Shown here one piece after another: positions 38,436 through 50,252 of a DNA stretch of 64,000 nucleotides (its first letter is position 1; each line of letters opens with the position of its first letter). The position numbers and the translations under genes were made by a program. This DNA is from a bacterium. GTDB lineage: Bacteria; UBA8248. Location of the stretch: assembly GCA_965199855.1 (NCBI GenBank), contig OZ241326.1, positions 1,920,001 to 1,984,000 of the forward strand, given 5' to 3'. The notes under the pieces are model-generated. The model saw only the letters and a list, made by a program, of their open reading frames with translations. It was not told the origin of the DNA and made no database searches.

Positions 38436-39659
38436 TTGATCATAAACCCCGCCCGCTTCCGCGCGTCCATGGAGGAGCTCGCCCGCGTCGGCGCGACGCC
38501 GGGCGGCGGCGCGCATCGCCCCACCCTCTCGGACCAGGACAAAGAAGCGAGAGACCTGTTCGCCGGCTGGGCGCGCGGCGCGGGACTCGATCTGCGCGTC
38601 GATGAGATGGGAAATATGTTCGCCAGGCGCGCGGGCGAGAACGACGACGACGCTTCCGCCATGACGGGGAGCCACCTCGACACCGTGCCGAACGGAGGGC
38701 GGTTCGACGGTTCGCTGGGCGTGCTCGCCGGCCTCGAGGCCGTCCGAACGCTGAACGACCGGGGCGCATCCACGAAGCGGCCGATAGAAGTCGTCAACTG
38801 GACGAACGAGGAGGGCGCCAGGTTTCCGCCCTCCATGCTCGGAAGCGGCGTGTTCGCGGGAGCGATTCCGCGGGAGACGGCATACGAGGCGAGGGACGCC
38901 GGGGGAGCGAGGCTTCTGGATGAGCTGGAGCGCATCGGCTACCGGGGCGACGCGCCCTGCGCGCCCAGACCCATCGGCTCATACGTCGAGCTGCACATAG
39001 AGCAAGGACCCGTTCTGGTGAGCGAAGGCGCGCAGATAGGCGTCGTGGAAGGCATCTTCGGCCTCTGCTGGCTCCGCGTCACGATGAAGGGGGAGCGGGA
39101 TCACGCCGGGCCCACGCCGATGCGCATGAGGCGAGACGCCCTGGTGGGCGCGGCGCGCGCCATTTCCGCGATCCGCGAGATTCCCGCAAGGCTGCATCCG
39201 GATTTCGTGGCCACGGTGGGCGAACTCTTCGTATCGCCCAACGCCGTCAACGTCATTCCCGACGAGGCGAGGTTCTCGGTCGATTTTCGGCACAGCGAGC
39301 CGAAAGTGATGGAAGACGCGCTGGAGCTCGTGCGGGAGGCCGCGACGCGGGAGGCCGGGAGGGAAAGCCTCGAAGTCGAGATTGAAAGCGTCGGCTTATC
39401 CACGCCCATGGCGTTCGACGCGGCCGTCGCGCGGACGATACGGGGCGCGTGCGAGGAGGCGAACTGCAGCCATCGTCCCATGTGGAGCGCCGCCGGGCAC
39501 GACGCCCGCTACGCGGCCCAGCTCGGGCCTGCGGCCATGATTTTCGTCCCCTGCGTCGCCGGAAAAAGCCACTCGGAAGAAGAGGATATGGACTGGGAGG
39601 ACGCCTGTCGGGGCTGCGACGTCCTGGCGCGGACATTGCTGAAGCTGGCGAATTCGTGA
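38436..39659 (+). CDS. M20 Zn-dependent hydrolase (N-carbamoyl-amino acid/allantoate amidohydrolase family)
   Basis: GSHLDTVPNGGRFDG, NEEGARF, ELHIEQGP, HAGPTPM, SAAGHDA; TTG start after GGAGGGG. Confidence 0.92.
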   Translation: MIINPARFRASMEELARVGATPGGGAHRPTLSDQDKEARDLFAGWARGAGLDLRVDEMGNMFARRAGENDDDASAMTGSHLDTVPNGGRFDGSLGVLAGLEAVRTLNDRGASTKRPIEVVNWTNEEGARFPPSMLGSGVFAGAIPRETAYEARDAGGARLLDELERIGYRGDAPCAPRPIGSYVELHIEQGPVLVSEGAQIGVVEGIFGLCWLRVTMKGERDHAGPTPMRMRRDALVGAARAISAIREIPARLHPDFVATVGELFVSPNAVNVIPDEARFSVDFRHSEPKVMEDALELVREAATREAGRESLEVEIESVGLSTPMAFDAAVARTIRGACEEANCSHRPMWSAAGHDARYAAQLGPAAMIFVPCVAGKSHSEEEDMDWEDACRGCDVLARTLLKLANS

Positions 39660-39696
39660 TTCGCAGCCTTCCCCGGAAGCCGACGAGGAGAACCGG

Positions 39697-40548
39697 ATGC
39701 CGAAGACAAAATGGGCGAACGGCGCGCGATGCGCCGCGTGTCTGACTTTCGACGTGGACGGCGAGACGGTATGGATGGCGAGGGATCCCTCCCTGGGGCA
39801 TCGCCCCATTCACAACTCCATGGGCGCCTACGGCCCCAAGGTGGGCGTCCCCCGCATACTGAAGCTCCTCAAAAAATACGATCTGCCCGGCGCCTTCTAC
39901 ATCCCGAGCTGGACGGTCGAGAAGTGGCCCAAAATGACGGAAGCCATCGTCCGGGCGGGGCACGAGGTCGGGCATCACGGCCATATCCACGAAAAACCGT
40001 ATCAGATGGCCGACGCGGAGCGCGAGGAGGAGCTGCTGGTCCGCGCCCTCGAAGTCCTGCGGCGCGACACGGGGCAGGAAATTCTGGGCTCCCGGACGCC
40101 CTCGGCCGATCCGAGCGTCCACACCATGGACCTGCTGAAAAAGCACGGGCTTCTCTACCATTCCAACATGATGGATGACGACTGGCCCTACTACCACGCC
40201 TGCGGACTGGTGGAGCTGCCCACGAAGTGGAGCCTCGACGACTTCATCTTCTTCGCCCACAGCACGAATCCGCCCTTCGGCCACGGCATCCGGGACCCGG
40301 AATCGGTCTATTCGATATGGGTCGAGGAATTCGAGGGAACCTACGAGGAGGGCGGATACGTGAACTTCATGTGCCACCCCCAGATCATCGGCCAGCATCA
40401 CCGGATGAGAATGCTGGAGAGGCTCGTCAGGCACATGATGAACAAGGGGGACGTGTGGTTCGCGGCGCCCGGCGAGGTGGCGAAATGCTGGGCTTCGCAA
40501 AACAAGCCGCCCGGGACGGGAAGATCGAGGGGACGAACCCGCTCTTGA
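39697..40548 (+). CDS. Polysaccharide deacetylase family (CE4, PuuE/HpPgdA-like)
   Basis: LTFDVDGE, YGPKVGVPRIL, HEVGHHGHIHE, HPQIIG. Confidence 0.85.
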   Translation: MPKTKWANGARCAACLTFDVDGETVWMARDPSLGHRPIHNSMGAYGPKVGVPRILKLLKKYDLPGAFYIPSWTVEKWPKMTEAIVRAGHEVGHHGHIHEKPYQMADAEREEELLVRALEVLRRDTGQEILGSRTPSADPSVHTMDLLKKHGLLYHSNMMDDDWPYYHACGLVELPTKWSLDDFIFFAHSTNPPFGHGIRDPESVYSIWVEEFEGTYEEGGYVNFMCHPQIIGQHHRMRMLERLVRHMMNKGDVWFAAPGEVAKCWASQNKPPGTGRSRGRTRS

Positions 40549-40680
40549 GGATCGGCTTTTCGCGCGCCTGAAAGCTGTCCGCTCCTTTCGGGAGCGTCCC
40601 CCGAGGGAGCGGCGTCCCGGCTTGCGCGGGAAGGAGCCTTGCCGGGGCGGATCAGGCGTCAAAGGCCCGGGCGGGCGAGG

Positions 40681-41115
40681 TCAGAATACCGGAGAAAGCC
40701 AGCCCAGCAGCCCGCCGTAGATGGCGTGGGCGACGAGGGCGGTTCGCCACGCCCCGGGGTGCAGTTTGCGGCTGAAAAAGCCGTTGCCGGCGATGAGCGG
40801 GTTGAACGCGCATTGCGAAAAAACCCAGAGCGCGCCTCCCCAAATCAGCCCGCGCCATACGGGCGGGACGGGAACGCAGCCGGCGACGGAGGCGTAGATC
40901 AGTCCGAAAATGACGCCGTTCAGATGAACGGCGATGAACCCGAGCGCGTAAGGCGGCTTTCCCTCATACGATTCTCCGAACAGGAGCATCGCCAGCCCCT
41001 TGCCGAAATCGAGTTTCGCCATGCCCATCCTGTCGGCGAGCAGGGCGAAAACCATGTGCGCGTAGGTGGCCAGAAAAGAAACCGCGCAAACGACGAGAAA
41101 ATCACCGGATTTCAC
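40681..41115 (-). CDS. Hypothetical membrane protein
   Basis: Four hydrophobic segments; HLNGVIFGLIYA, HAIYG; follows the LVIVD gene. Confidence 0.7.
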   Translation of the reverse strand: MKSGDFLVVCAVSFLATYAHMVFALLADRMGMAKLDFGKGLAMLLFGESYEGKPPYALGFIAVHLNGVIFGLIYASVAGCVPVPPVWRGLIWGGALWVFSQCAFNPLIAGNGFFSRKLHPGAWRTALVAHAIYGGLLGWLSPVF

Positions 41116-41158
41116 GCGCTGTTTCCCACGCTCCGCCGGGGACAGGCATCCATGCCGC

Positions 41159-42340
41159 TCACCCCGTGTATTCCAGAATGTGCATTCCCGCTCCGTTGCG
41201 GTCGATCAGGTAGAGCAGACCGTTCTCGTCCATGCCGATGTCGTTCGACTGCGCGTAGTCCTTTCCGAAGTTGAGCGCGGGGACGTAGTGCCCTATCTCC
41301 TTCGGGCGGAACGGGTCGGAAAGATCAACGGCGCGCAGCCCGGAATTGAAGTAGGTGAGGAAGATGATGTCCTTCCACGGGCCATCCGCCGGGGCGTATT
41401 CCAGAATGTTGTGGGCGCCGAAGCGTCCGCCCCGGTTCATGTTCTCCTCCCTGTCCGGTATGTAGGTGGCTATCGGAATCGGGTTCGTCTCCTCCCGGAT
41501 ATCGACCACCCACATGAACTGGCTGCTCTCGTAGTTCTCCTGGGCGCGCGCCTCGTCGGTCACGACCAGATACGGCCTGTCGCCGAGCGGCCAGACGGTG
41601 TGCGTGGAGCCCACGAAGGGCGGCGACCAGCAGAGGTGCCCCACGAACGTGATGTCGCGCAAATCCGTACAATCGAAGATTCCCAGCCCTCCCCCCCAGA
41701 AGCCGGCGAACATGCGGTTTCCGCGAATCGTGGCGGGGCCGTGGCACGTCCAGGATCGCTCGAAGTCTTCCGGCTCCTCATACGGCATTCCGAGGCTGAC
41801 GTCCTGCCTGGGGAGACCGACGACGTTGAGCGCCTCCGGGTTCAGGGGATCCTTGATGTCCACCGTCCACATGACCCGGTTTCTCCACCCCTCGGCTTCG
41901 TTCGGGAAGAACGCGAGCTGGCGCTCGTTGTCCACGCCGAAGCGGTGAGGCCCCGAGCCGGGAAGATCGTAAAAGCCCGCCTCTTTCGGGTTCGCCGGGT
42001 CGCTGACGTCAAAAATGGCTATGCCCGCCCTCGCCTTTTCGCCTTCCGGCGTCTTGAGCCGCTCGTGATTGACGTAGAGCAGGTCGTCTCCCACGACGCG
42101 GACCTTGTGGTTGTGCGTTCCGGGCGGGGCGAACACCTCGGCGATTCGCCTCGGTCTCGCGGGATCCGATACGTCGTGAACCGTCCACCCTTCGGGCCCG
42201 TCGTAGCTCGCCGTTCCCACCGCGCCCACGTAGGCGCATCCGTTCTTCACCTCGACGAGGCTTCCCCCGCCCCACGCCGCGTCCGGGTCGTGTCCTATCA
42301 GCCTGAAATTTCTGGATTCAGCCGGCGCGCCTTTCGCCAT
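41159..42340 (-). CDS. LVIVD-repeat (beta-propeller) protein
   Basis: Repeated DVSDPARP, DVSDPANP, DIKDPLNP, DLSDPFRP blades; SD GGAGGTG. Confidence 0.82.
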   Translation of the reverse strand: MAKGAPAESRNFRLIGHDPDAAWGGGSLVEVKNGCAYVGAVGTASYDGPEGWTVHDVSDPARPRRIAEVFAPPGTHNHKVRVVGDDLLYVNHERLKTPEGEKARAGIAIFDVSDPANPKEAGFYDLPGSGPHRFGVDNERQLAFFPNEAEGWRNRVMWTVDIKDPLNPEALNVVGLPRQDVSLGMPYEEPEDFERSWTCHGPATIRGNRMFAGFWGGGLGIFDCTDLRDITFVGHLCWSPPFVGSTHTVWPLGDRPYLVVTDEARAQENYESSQFMWVVDIREETNPIPIATYIPDREENMNRGGRFGAHNILEYAPADGPWKDIIFLTYFNSGLRAVDLSDPFRPKEIGHYVPALNFGKDYAQSNDIGMDENGLLYLIDRNGAGMHILEYTG

Positions 42341-42672
42341 TGCCCACCTCCTCTGGAGTCGCCGCAGGAATCAACGATGAATCCCGATGATCTTCTCCCT
42401 CCCGCGCCTCCGCCGCAGACGCGCGAGAATGTCCCGGCCGGCGGCTTCCGCGCGCCGAAGCGGGTCGAGACCAGCCTCTCTCCCGGCGCGACAAATTCCG
42501 TTCCCTGCGGAAGCCCATGCGAGGATCGGGAGTTTCAGGCTATATTCCCACAAAGACGCGGTTTGTGGAACTGCGCCCTCCCTCATTCGCCTCATTCCCG
42601 CCAAAAGCGTAGAATGCGGGCGATTGAAAGCGATTCGCTTTCCGCGAGCCGCGCGAAAAAAAGAGGAAGCCC

Positions 42673-43746
42673 ATGCCGGACACCCCCCTTCTCGCCCTGC
42701 ATCAGGCGGCCGAAGCCCGCTTTACGGAAGAGGCCGGGTGGCGAATCCCCGCGACGTTCGGCAGCGCGGCGTCCGAGCATCTCTCATGCAGGGAAAGCGC
42801 CGCCGCAATCGACCTCTCGCATCGGGGCAGTCTCCGCTTCGACGGCCCGGACGCGAAAGAATTCCTCCACCGAATGCTCTCAAGCCGGGTAAGGGAGCTG
42901 AAGCCCGGCGAAGGCGCATACAATGCCTTTCTCACCCGCCAGGGGAAATTCATATCCGATCTGTATCTCTATAGGCACGAAGACTTTTTCACCGCCACGG
43001 TGGCTCCGGGAATGGCGGGGGTTTTCGTCGATGAGATCAGCAAATTCATCATTATGGATCAGGTGGAAGCGGCGAACGAGACGGAAGGCTCGTTCCGCAT
43101 CGGGCTTTTCGGGCCGGAGTCCCGAAAAATCATCGAGCGCGCGCGCGGCGTCGAGCCTTCGCTGGAGGAGCACGGCCACTCGACCTGCGGCGACGCGGCG
43201 ATAGCGCGCGAATTGTGGACGGGAGAAGACGGCTATCTGCTCACGGGCCCTCGCGCGGAGGCTGAAGCGGTCTGGCAGTCCCTGCTGGACGCGGGCGCGA
43301 ACCGGGCGGGCGTCGCCGCGTTCGAGTCGCTCACCCTGGAGGCCGGCGTCCCGCTGTTCGGCAAGGACATGACGTCGGCGGTCAATCCCATGCAGGCGGG
43401 GCTGGAGAAAAAGGCCATCGACTTTGAAAAGGGCTGCTACATCGGCCAGGAGGTCATCGCCAAGATCAAGTATCTGGGCCAGGTGAACCGCGGGCTCGTC
43501 AGACTCAGAATCAACGGGGAAATCGCCCCCGCGCGAGGGGCGGACGTGCGTTTCGACGGACAAGGCGTCGGCTCGATCGCCCGCTCCGCATACTGCCCGA
43601 CGGTCGGCGGGATTCTGGCTTTTTCCTACCTGCCCCGCGCCCACATGGAGCCGGGCGTCCGCGTCGAAGTGGACTGCGAGGGGAGCGCCGCGGAGGCGGC
43701 GGTCGATGGCCTCCCCTTCTCCCGTCTCGCCGGCTCCGCCGCTTGA
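42673..43746 (+). CDS. Folate-binding YgfZ/GcvT aminomethyltransferase-family protein
   Basis: DLSHRG, GPDAKEFL, KGCYIGQE signature. Confidence 0.9.
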   Translation: MPDTPLLALHQAAEARFTEEAGWRIPATFGSAASEHLSCRESAAAIDLSHRGSLRFDGPDAKEFLHRMLSSRVRELKPGEGAYNAFLTRQGKFISDLYLYRHEDFFTATVAPGMAGVFVDEISKFIIMDQVEAANETEGSFRIGLFGPESRKIIERARGVEPSLEEHGHSTCGDAAIARELWTGEDGYLLTGPRAEAEAVWQSLLDAGANRAGVAAFESLTLEAGVPLFGKDMTSAVNPMQAGLEKKAIDFEKGCYIGQEVIAKIKYLGQVNRGLVRLRINGEIAPARGADVRFDGQGVGSIARSAYCPTVGGILAFSYLPRAHMEPGVRVEVDCEGSAAEAAVDGLPFSRLAGSAA

Positions 43747-43994
43747 GAAGCGCGGGCGGTTCGACGCGCGCGGAGAGTTCGCACGGCGAGCGAGTCGAGA
43801 AACCAGCCCCCGACGGCCGGTCTCCGGCCGGCCGCCGCGCCGGCTCCCCTTCCGGCTTTTGACTTCTTTCATGCCGCAAGGCATATTGCGCCTTCTCCAT
43901 GCGGACTCATGGAGCCCGGAAATTCAGGAGAGCGTCTCGCGCGGGAGAAACTTCCTTTCGCCCTGAAACTTTCGATTCCCGGAGGAAGCGGCGC

Positions 43995-45629
<1,635 letters not shown>

Positions 45630-45680
45630 AAGCTCCGTCTCCGCGGTTCGGGGACGCATCTCACGAAGGGAGGACATCCG

Positions 45681-45866
45681 ATGCCTGTCGTTCACGTAAG
45701 CCTGCTGGAGGGAAGGTCGAAGGAGCAGAAAAGCGCGATGGCCGATGAGATTACGGAGACGGTGCACAAGCACTCGGGCGCCCCGAAGGAAGTCGTCACC
45801 GTCATATTCAGCGACGTCGCGAAGGATTCCTGGGCGGCGGGCGGAACGCTCTACGCGGACAGGTAA
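45681..45866 (+). CDS. 4-oxalocrotonate tautomerase family protein
   Basis: 61 aa, catalytic Pro1 (MPVVHV), GRSKEQK, WAAGG; SD GGAGG. Confidence 0.92.
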   Translation: MPVVHVSLLEGRSKEQKSAMADEITETVHKHSGAPKEVVTVIFSDVAKDSWAAGGTLYADR

Positions 45867-45895
45867 TCCCGTCCATTCCCGCGAGGAGGAGCCAG

Positions 45896-46753
45896 ATGAG
45901 CGCCGACAACTTCCGGCTCGCGCTGGTGCAGCCGATGGGGCACCGCCCGCCGGATGACGAGAAGAACGTGGCCGACGCCGTCCGCCACGTGGAGGACGCC
46001 GCCGCGCGCGGGGCCGACTTCGTGGCCTTTCCCGAGTCGTATCCCGGCCCCTGGCGGATGCCCGCCTCCTTCGACCCCACGGAGGCCATGGAGGAAGCCG
46101 CCCGCCGCTGCGGCGTCTACGTCCAGTATGGAACCCTCGAGCCCCTCGACGACGAGAAGCGCACGGCGCACAACCTGCTGAACCTCGCCCGGCCCGCGGG
46201 CGGGGCGCCGGGACGCTACCGCAGAACCCATCCCCCCGGCCCCTGGATATACACCGGCGGCGGAACGTGGGAGTTTCAATACGTGGCCGGCGACGACTAC
46301 CCCGTCTTCGAGACCCGGCACGGGCAGGTCGGCATGGCGATGTGCAGCGAGGTCTATATGCCCGAGGTGACGCGCGCCCTCTCGCTCCGGGGCGCCGAGA
46401 TCATCTTCCTGCCCGCCGGCGTGGACAAGAAGAAGCTCTGGGGCACCTGGCGGAACCTCATCTGGTCGCGCGCGATAGAGAATCTGGCGATCGTCATCAC
46501 CACCCAGAATCTTTTTTCCGGGAGCGACCGGGGGCTGGCGATGGTGGCCACGCCCGAGGAAGTCGTCTTCGAGAGCACGCGCGCCGGGACGTTCCTCGTG
46601 GACGTGGATCTGGAGCGCGTCCGCGACCTGCGCGCGCAGAGGGACGAGGTGGCCTCATCGGGCGAGAACGGGGCGAAGGCGGGCGTCCTGAGCCAGTGGC
46701 AGAGGCCGGAGCTGTACGACAAATTCTTCCCCCGGGAGGGGGCGGCGGGCTGA
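45896..46753 (+). CDS. Carbon-nitrogen hydrolase (nitrilase superfamily)
   Basis: FVAFPE, YRRTH, MCSEVYMPE, RAIEN. Confidence 0.88.
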   Translation: MSADNFRLALVQPMGHRPPDDEKNVADAVRHVEDAAARGADFVAFPESYPGPWRMPASFDPTEAMEEAARRCGVYVQYGTLEPLDDEKRTAHNLLNLARPAGGAPGRYRRTHPPGPWIYTGGGTWEFQYVAGDDYPVFETRHGQVGMAMCSEVYMPEVTRALSLRGAEIIFLPAGVDKKKLWGTWRNLIWSRAIENLAIVITTQNLFSGSDRGLAMVATPEEVVFESTRAGTFLVDVDLERVRDLRAQRDEVASSGENGAKAGVLSQWQRPELYDKFFPREGAAG

Positions 46754-46766
46754 CGCCTCGGGCGAC

Positions 46767-47270
46767 ATGTCGAAGGGCGACTTCTGGCTTCTCTACGCGC
46801 ACCTCCTGGCGGCCTGCCTCTACGAGGGCGCGCTCGTCTTCTTCTGGCTGCTGATGCGCCACCTCCGCCGCCGGCTCCCGCCCGCCGAGTTCGCCGGCGA
46901 GGTCGCATCCATCCTGCGCTTCTACCACCCCTTCGTTCTCGCGTGCATGGGCGTCCTCATCATGACGGGCGCCTGGTATCTCACCAGCCTGAAAATGGCG
47001 ATGGGCCCCGCCTTCGGCAGGCTCTTCGTCCCCCTGGGCCTCAAGCTGCTCGCGGTCTTTTTGATGATGATGGGCATCAGCTTCCAGTTCTTCGCCGTGG
47101 GCCTGAGGCTCACCCGGGGAACCGGCCCCGCCGGGAACGGCCGCCCCCCGGACGCGGCGACCGACGAGCGCGTCAGACTCCTCCGCACCCTCGAGCGCGC
47201 CAACCTGGCGAACGCCGTCCTCGCCCTGTTCGCCATCTTCTTCGGCCTCGCCCTGAACAAGGGGTTTTAG
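46767..47270 (+). CDS. Hypothetical 4-TM membrane protein
   Basis: Four hydrophobic helices, LIMTG and LKLL motifs reminiscent of CopD-like proteins; 13 bp after upstream stop. Confidence 0.7.
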   Translation: MSKGDFWLLYAHLLAACLYEGALVFFWLLMRHLRRRLPPAEFAGEVASILRFYHPFVLACMGVLIMTGAWYLTSLKMAMGPAFGRLFVPLGLKLLAVFLMMMGISFQFFAVGLRLTRGTGPAGNGRPPDAATDERVRLLRTLERANLANAVLALFAIFFGLALNKGF

Positions 47271-47303
47271 GCGAGACGCGCGCGCCATCGCCCGACCCGC
47301 AAC

Positions 47304-47930
47304 GGGGCGCATGAATGCGCCCCCTACGGCGATGAACGCGGGTTTCATGGTTTCGTAGGTGAAACGCGAGAGGGTTTCCATATATGCGTCTCGCGCCGCT
47401 TTCCATCAATGGCGACGCGGGCGGTTCGGGAACCGCCCGTTTGGGCGGGAAGACAATCAAAACCCTGGATTCCGGCCTTCGCCGGAATGACGGCGAAAGG
47501 CCAACCCCGGCGTCCCTTTGATCCGGCAGGGAACAACATCGAGACGGCGGCGAGGATTTCCCCTCCGCCGCGCGCCGCCCCGGAATCCCGTCATTCCGGC
47601 GAAGGCCGGAATCCGGAACCGGGGCGCGCGGCGGCAAACGGGCGTTCACGGCCAATCCATGCGCGGGTTCCGTCCCCGACGGCCAGGGACAGGTCGCGAT
47701 CCGTCCCTACGGAACGTTCGCGCGTCGGCGGGCCGGGAATATGGCGCGAAGGACAACCACAGGGGGTTGTCCCTACGATTCGCGCCGCGCCATCGCCGGG
47801 CCCGCAAACGGGGCGCATGAATGCGTGGGAAGCGCCCCTCGGCGCTCACCTACGGACGGGTGGTGGTTTCCTTCGTAGGGGACGCATATATGCGTCCCGC
47901 GCCGCTTTCCATCAATGGCAACGCGGGCGG
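47304..47930. repeat. Mosaic cluster of GTAG- and CGTC-type REP-like hairpins
   Basis: Hairpins at 47304-27, 47467-92 and 47589-614 (CGTCATTCCGGCGAAGGCCGGAATCC), 47686-710, 47751-76, 47875-98. Confidence 0.88.
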
Positions 47931-47950
47931 GGCGGCAACGCGCGCCCGCG

Positions 47951-48667
47951 TCATTCAAGGGGCGGCCAGATGCGGCTTCCGACCAGGGGGGAGCCCGGCG
48001 GATGAACGAGATAGCCGTGAACGCGCCGCGTCCATTCCGTCTCCTCGAGCGCGACGTAATGCGCCTCGCGCGCGGCGAGGGAGGAGAACTCATACAGGAC
48101 GGCGTGCCGGGGCGCGCCCGTCGCCGCGAGATACTTTCGCGCCCCCACGCAGCCGGGGGTTCGCGCGACGCCCGCCATGCGCTCCTGGGCGTACCACGCC
48201 TGCAGATCCTCATCGCGCCCGCCCGCGTCGTAGCGCCCCATCTGCATCGCGGGCGCCGGAACGCCGGGCGCCTCGCGCGCGCCGGCCTCGGGGCCCTCCG
48301 CCCGCCACTCCTCGCAGAGAACCAGCCCGCGCGCGCGAATCCGCGCGTCCGCCATCCGGCGCGTCTCGGCGCTCTGGCGCTCCCGGAGCTGCGCGGGCGA
48401 GGGATCGTAGAACGCCCGCGTGGTCTCGCCCCCGAAGAGGGCGACGAAGCCCGTCCCCGAGGCGAGGGCGGGATCGTCCGAGCGGCGAAGGCGCGCCGCG
48501 ATCCTCTCGAAGCGCGCCCCGGGGGGCTTCGCCTCGTAGTGCGCCGCCCACACGTAGCCCGGGCGCGCGAGCTTCTCCGGGATGTGAACCTCGTGAAACC
48601 ACGCCAGGTATTCCTCGCGGCCCTCCTCGGGCAGATCGTAGAAAATCGCCCACACCGCCCTGTCCAT
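47951..48667 (-). CDS. Hypothetical protein with two EthD/Dabb-like domains
   Basis: EYLAWFHEVHIPEKLARPG and DLQAWYAQERMAGVARTPG internal duplication. Confidence 0.7.
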   Translation of the reverse strand: MDRAVWAIFYDLPEEGREEYLAWFHEVHIPEKLARPGYVWAAHYEAKPPGARFERIAARLRRSDDPALASGTGFVALFGGETTRAFYDPSPAQLRERQSAETRRMADARIRARGLVLCEEWRAEGPEAGAREAPGVPAPAMQMGRYDAGGRDEDLQAWYAQERMAGVARTPGCVGARKYLAATGAPRHAVLYEFSSLAAREAHYVALEETEWTRRVHGYLVHPPGSPLVGSRIWPPLE

Positions 48668-48801
48668 GCCTCGCCTCCATTCAGGAAAACGTCCGGGAAA
48701 GTGTCCCGCGTCGGGAAGCGCATTCTTTCCGATTCATTGTATGATGGGCGCCTCGGAAGGGCTATCGCCCCGGTTTTTCGCGCGCCACGCGGGGAGTTTC
48801 C

Positions 48802-49431
48802 ATGATTTACGAAGTCCGCGCCTACACGTTCACCGCGGGCGCCGCCGCGGAGGCCGTGGAGGATTTTGGAAGAATCGTCGAGAGGCGCGCCGCCATCTCC
48901 CCCCTGGTCGGCTTTTTTCTCTGCGCCGTCGGGCGGCTGAACCGCATCCTCCACGTCTGGGAATACGAGAACTGCGCCCACCGGGAGGAGGCGCGCGCGG
49001 AAGCCCTCGCCCGGAGCTGGTGGCCGCCCCTCCGGGTGGAGAAGATCCTCCACCAGCGGACGAGGCTCATGCGCCCCGCCCCGTTTCGCCCCCGGCCGCT
49101 CACGGGGGAGATGGGAAGCGTCTATGAAATCCGTAGCGACGTCCTCCTCACGGGGAAAATGGGCGCCCTCCGCGAGGCGTGGGAGCGGAACCTGCCGGCG
49201 CGGGAGCACCTCTCGCCCCTGGCGGCGGCCTTCTCGAACGAGGCGGGGGCGTTCGAGTCCGGCGTCCTGAACGAGTTTCTGCACGTCTGGCCCTACCGGG
49301 ACGTGAGCCATTGGGCGGAGGTTCAGCGAGAGGTCGAAAGCCTGCCCGGCTGGACGGAGGGCTATCGCCCCTTCCTCAGAAGCGAGACCTCCGAGCTCTG
49401 GCGGCCCGCCCCCTATTCGCCCATGCGCTAG
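48802..49431 (+). CDS. NIPSNAP-family protein (two domains)
   Basis: MIYEVRAY, LNRILHVWEY; second repeat VYEIRSD, LNEFLHVWPY, PAPYSP. Confidence 0.9.
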   Translation: MIYEVRAYTFTAGAAAEAVEDFGRIVERRAAISPLVGFFLCAVGRLNRILHVWEYENCAHREEARAEALARSWWPPLRVEKILHQRTRLMRPAPFRPRPLTGEMGSVYEIRSDVLLTGKMGALREAWERNLPAREHLSPLAAAFSNEAGAFESGVLNEFLHVWPYRDVSHWAEVQREVESLPGWTEGYRPFLRSETSELWRPAPYSPMR

Positions 49432-49534
49432 CGGAGGGCGGACGCGCTTCTCGTTCCGGTCGGGACGCGCGGCGGACGATTAAAAGAAGGCAGACCGTTC
49501 CGGCCAGCGCCGGAACGGCCCCGAATCGGCATGA

Positions 49535-49609
49535 TGGAGCGGGAAACGGGATTTGAACCCGCGACCCCAACGTTGGCAACGTTGTGCTCTACCACTGAGC
49601 TATTCCCGC
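49535..49609 (-). tRNA. tRNA-Gly (GCC)
   Basis: GCGGGAATAGCTCAGTGGTAGAGCACAACGTTGCCAACGTTGGGGTCGCGGGTTCAAATCCCGTTTCCCGCTCCA; full cloverleaf, encoded CCA. Confidence 0.98.
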
Positions 49610-49684
49610 GCGTCGCCCTTGAAGGATGACCCAGCCGCCGCCGCGAGTCAAGAGGCGATCCCCGACCCGCCCGCGTTTTTCGCT

Positions 49685-49713
49685 TTCGCGTCCGGCGCGG
49701 GGCGTGGTATGCT
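49685..49713 (+). promoter_or_regulatory. Candidate extended -10 promoter repeated before each coiled-coil paralog
   Basis: TTCGCG-17bp-TATGCT with TG extension; same elements at 50575-50603 and 51264-51292. Confidence 0.55.
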
Positions 49714-49749
49714 TTCCTCGCGTGAAAGCTTTCGGAGAGGAGGCGGGCG

Positions 49750-50238
49750 ATGATCGGCTTCGACACGCTCCGGGCGATGGAGTCGCTCCGGGATTCGGGC
49801 TTCGAGGAGTCCCAGGCGCGCGCGGTCGTGGATACCTTCAAGGACGCCGTCGCCGGCAGCGTCGCCACGAAGGCCGACCTCCAGGAGGTCAAGGCCGAGC
49901 TCCAGGCCGAGATCCAGGAGGTGAGGACGGGGCTCCAGGCCGAGATTCAGGAGGTGAAGACGGGCCTCCAGGCCGAGATTCAGGAGGTGAGGGCCGAGAT
50001 TCAGGGAGTCAAAACCGAGCTCCAGGCCGAGATTCAGGAGGTGAGGACGGGGCTGGAAGCGTCCATCGCGAGTCTTCGGGGCGAGGTGGAGGCCTCCATC
50101 GCGAGTCTTCGGGGCGAGGTGGAGACCTCCATCGCGCGGCTCGAGGCGCGGACGCAAAGGTTCATGTTCGGCATGGCGCTGGGGATCGTGGGGCTGAACG
50201 TCACCCTCACCTTCGGCCTCCTCAAGTTCTTCTTCTAA
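49750..50238 (+). CDS. DUF1640/CCDC90-like membrane-anchored coiled-coil protein, copy 1 (162 aa)
   Basis: FDT head, GFEESQARAVV, VATKADL neck, 11-aa repeats LQAEIQEVRTG, C-terminal TM; SD GAGGAGG. Confidence 0.88.
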   Translation: MIGFDTLRAMESLRDSGFEESQARAVVDTFKDAVAGSVATKADLQEVKAELQAEIQEVRTGLQAEIQEVKTGLQAEIQEVRAEIQGVKTELQAEIQEVRTGLEASIASLRGEVEASIASLRGEVETSIARLEARTQRFMFGMALGIVGLNVTLTFGLLKFFF

Positions 50239-50252
50239 TCCTTCCCCGAAAC

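Noticed and set aside
49535-49609. tRNA-anchored integrative element
   Set aside because: I found no duplicated tRNA 3' end and no integrase; the variable genes lie on the 5' side of the tRNA
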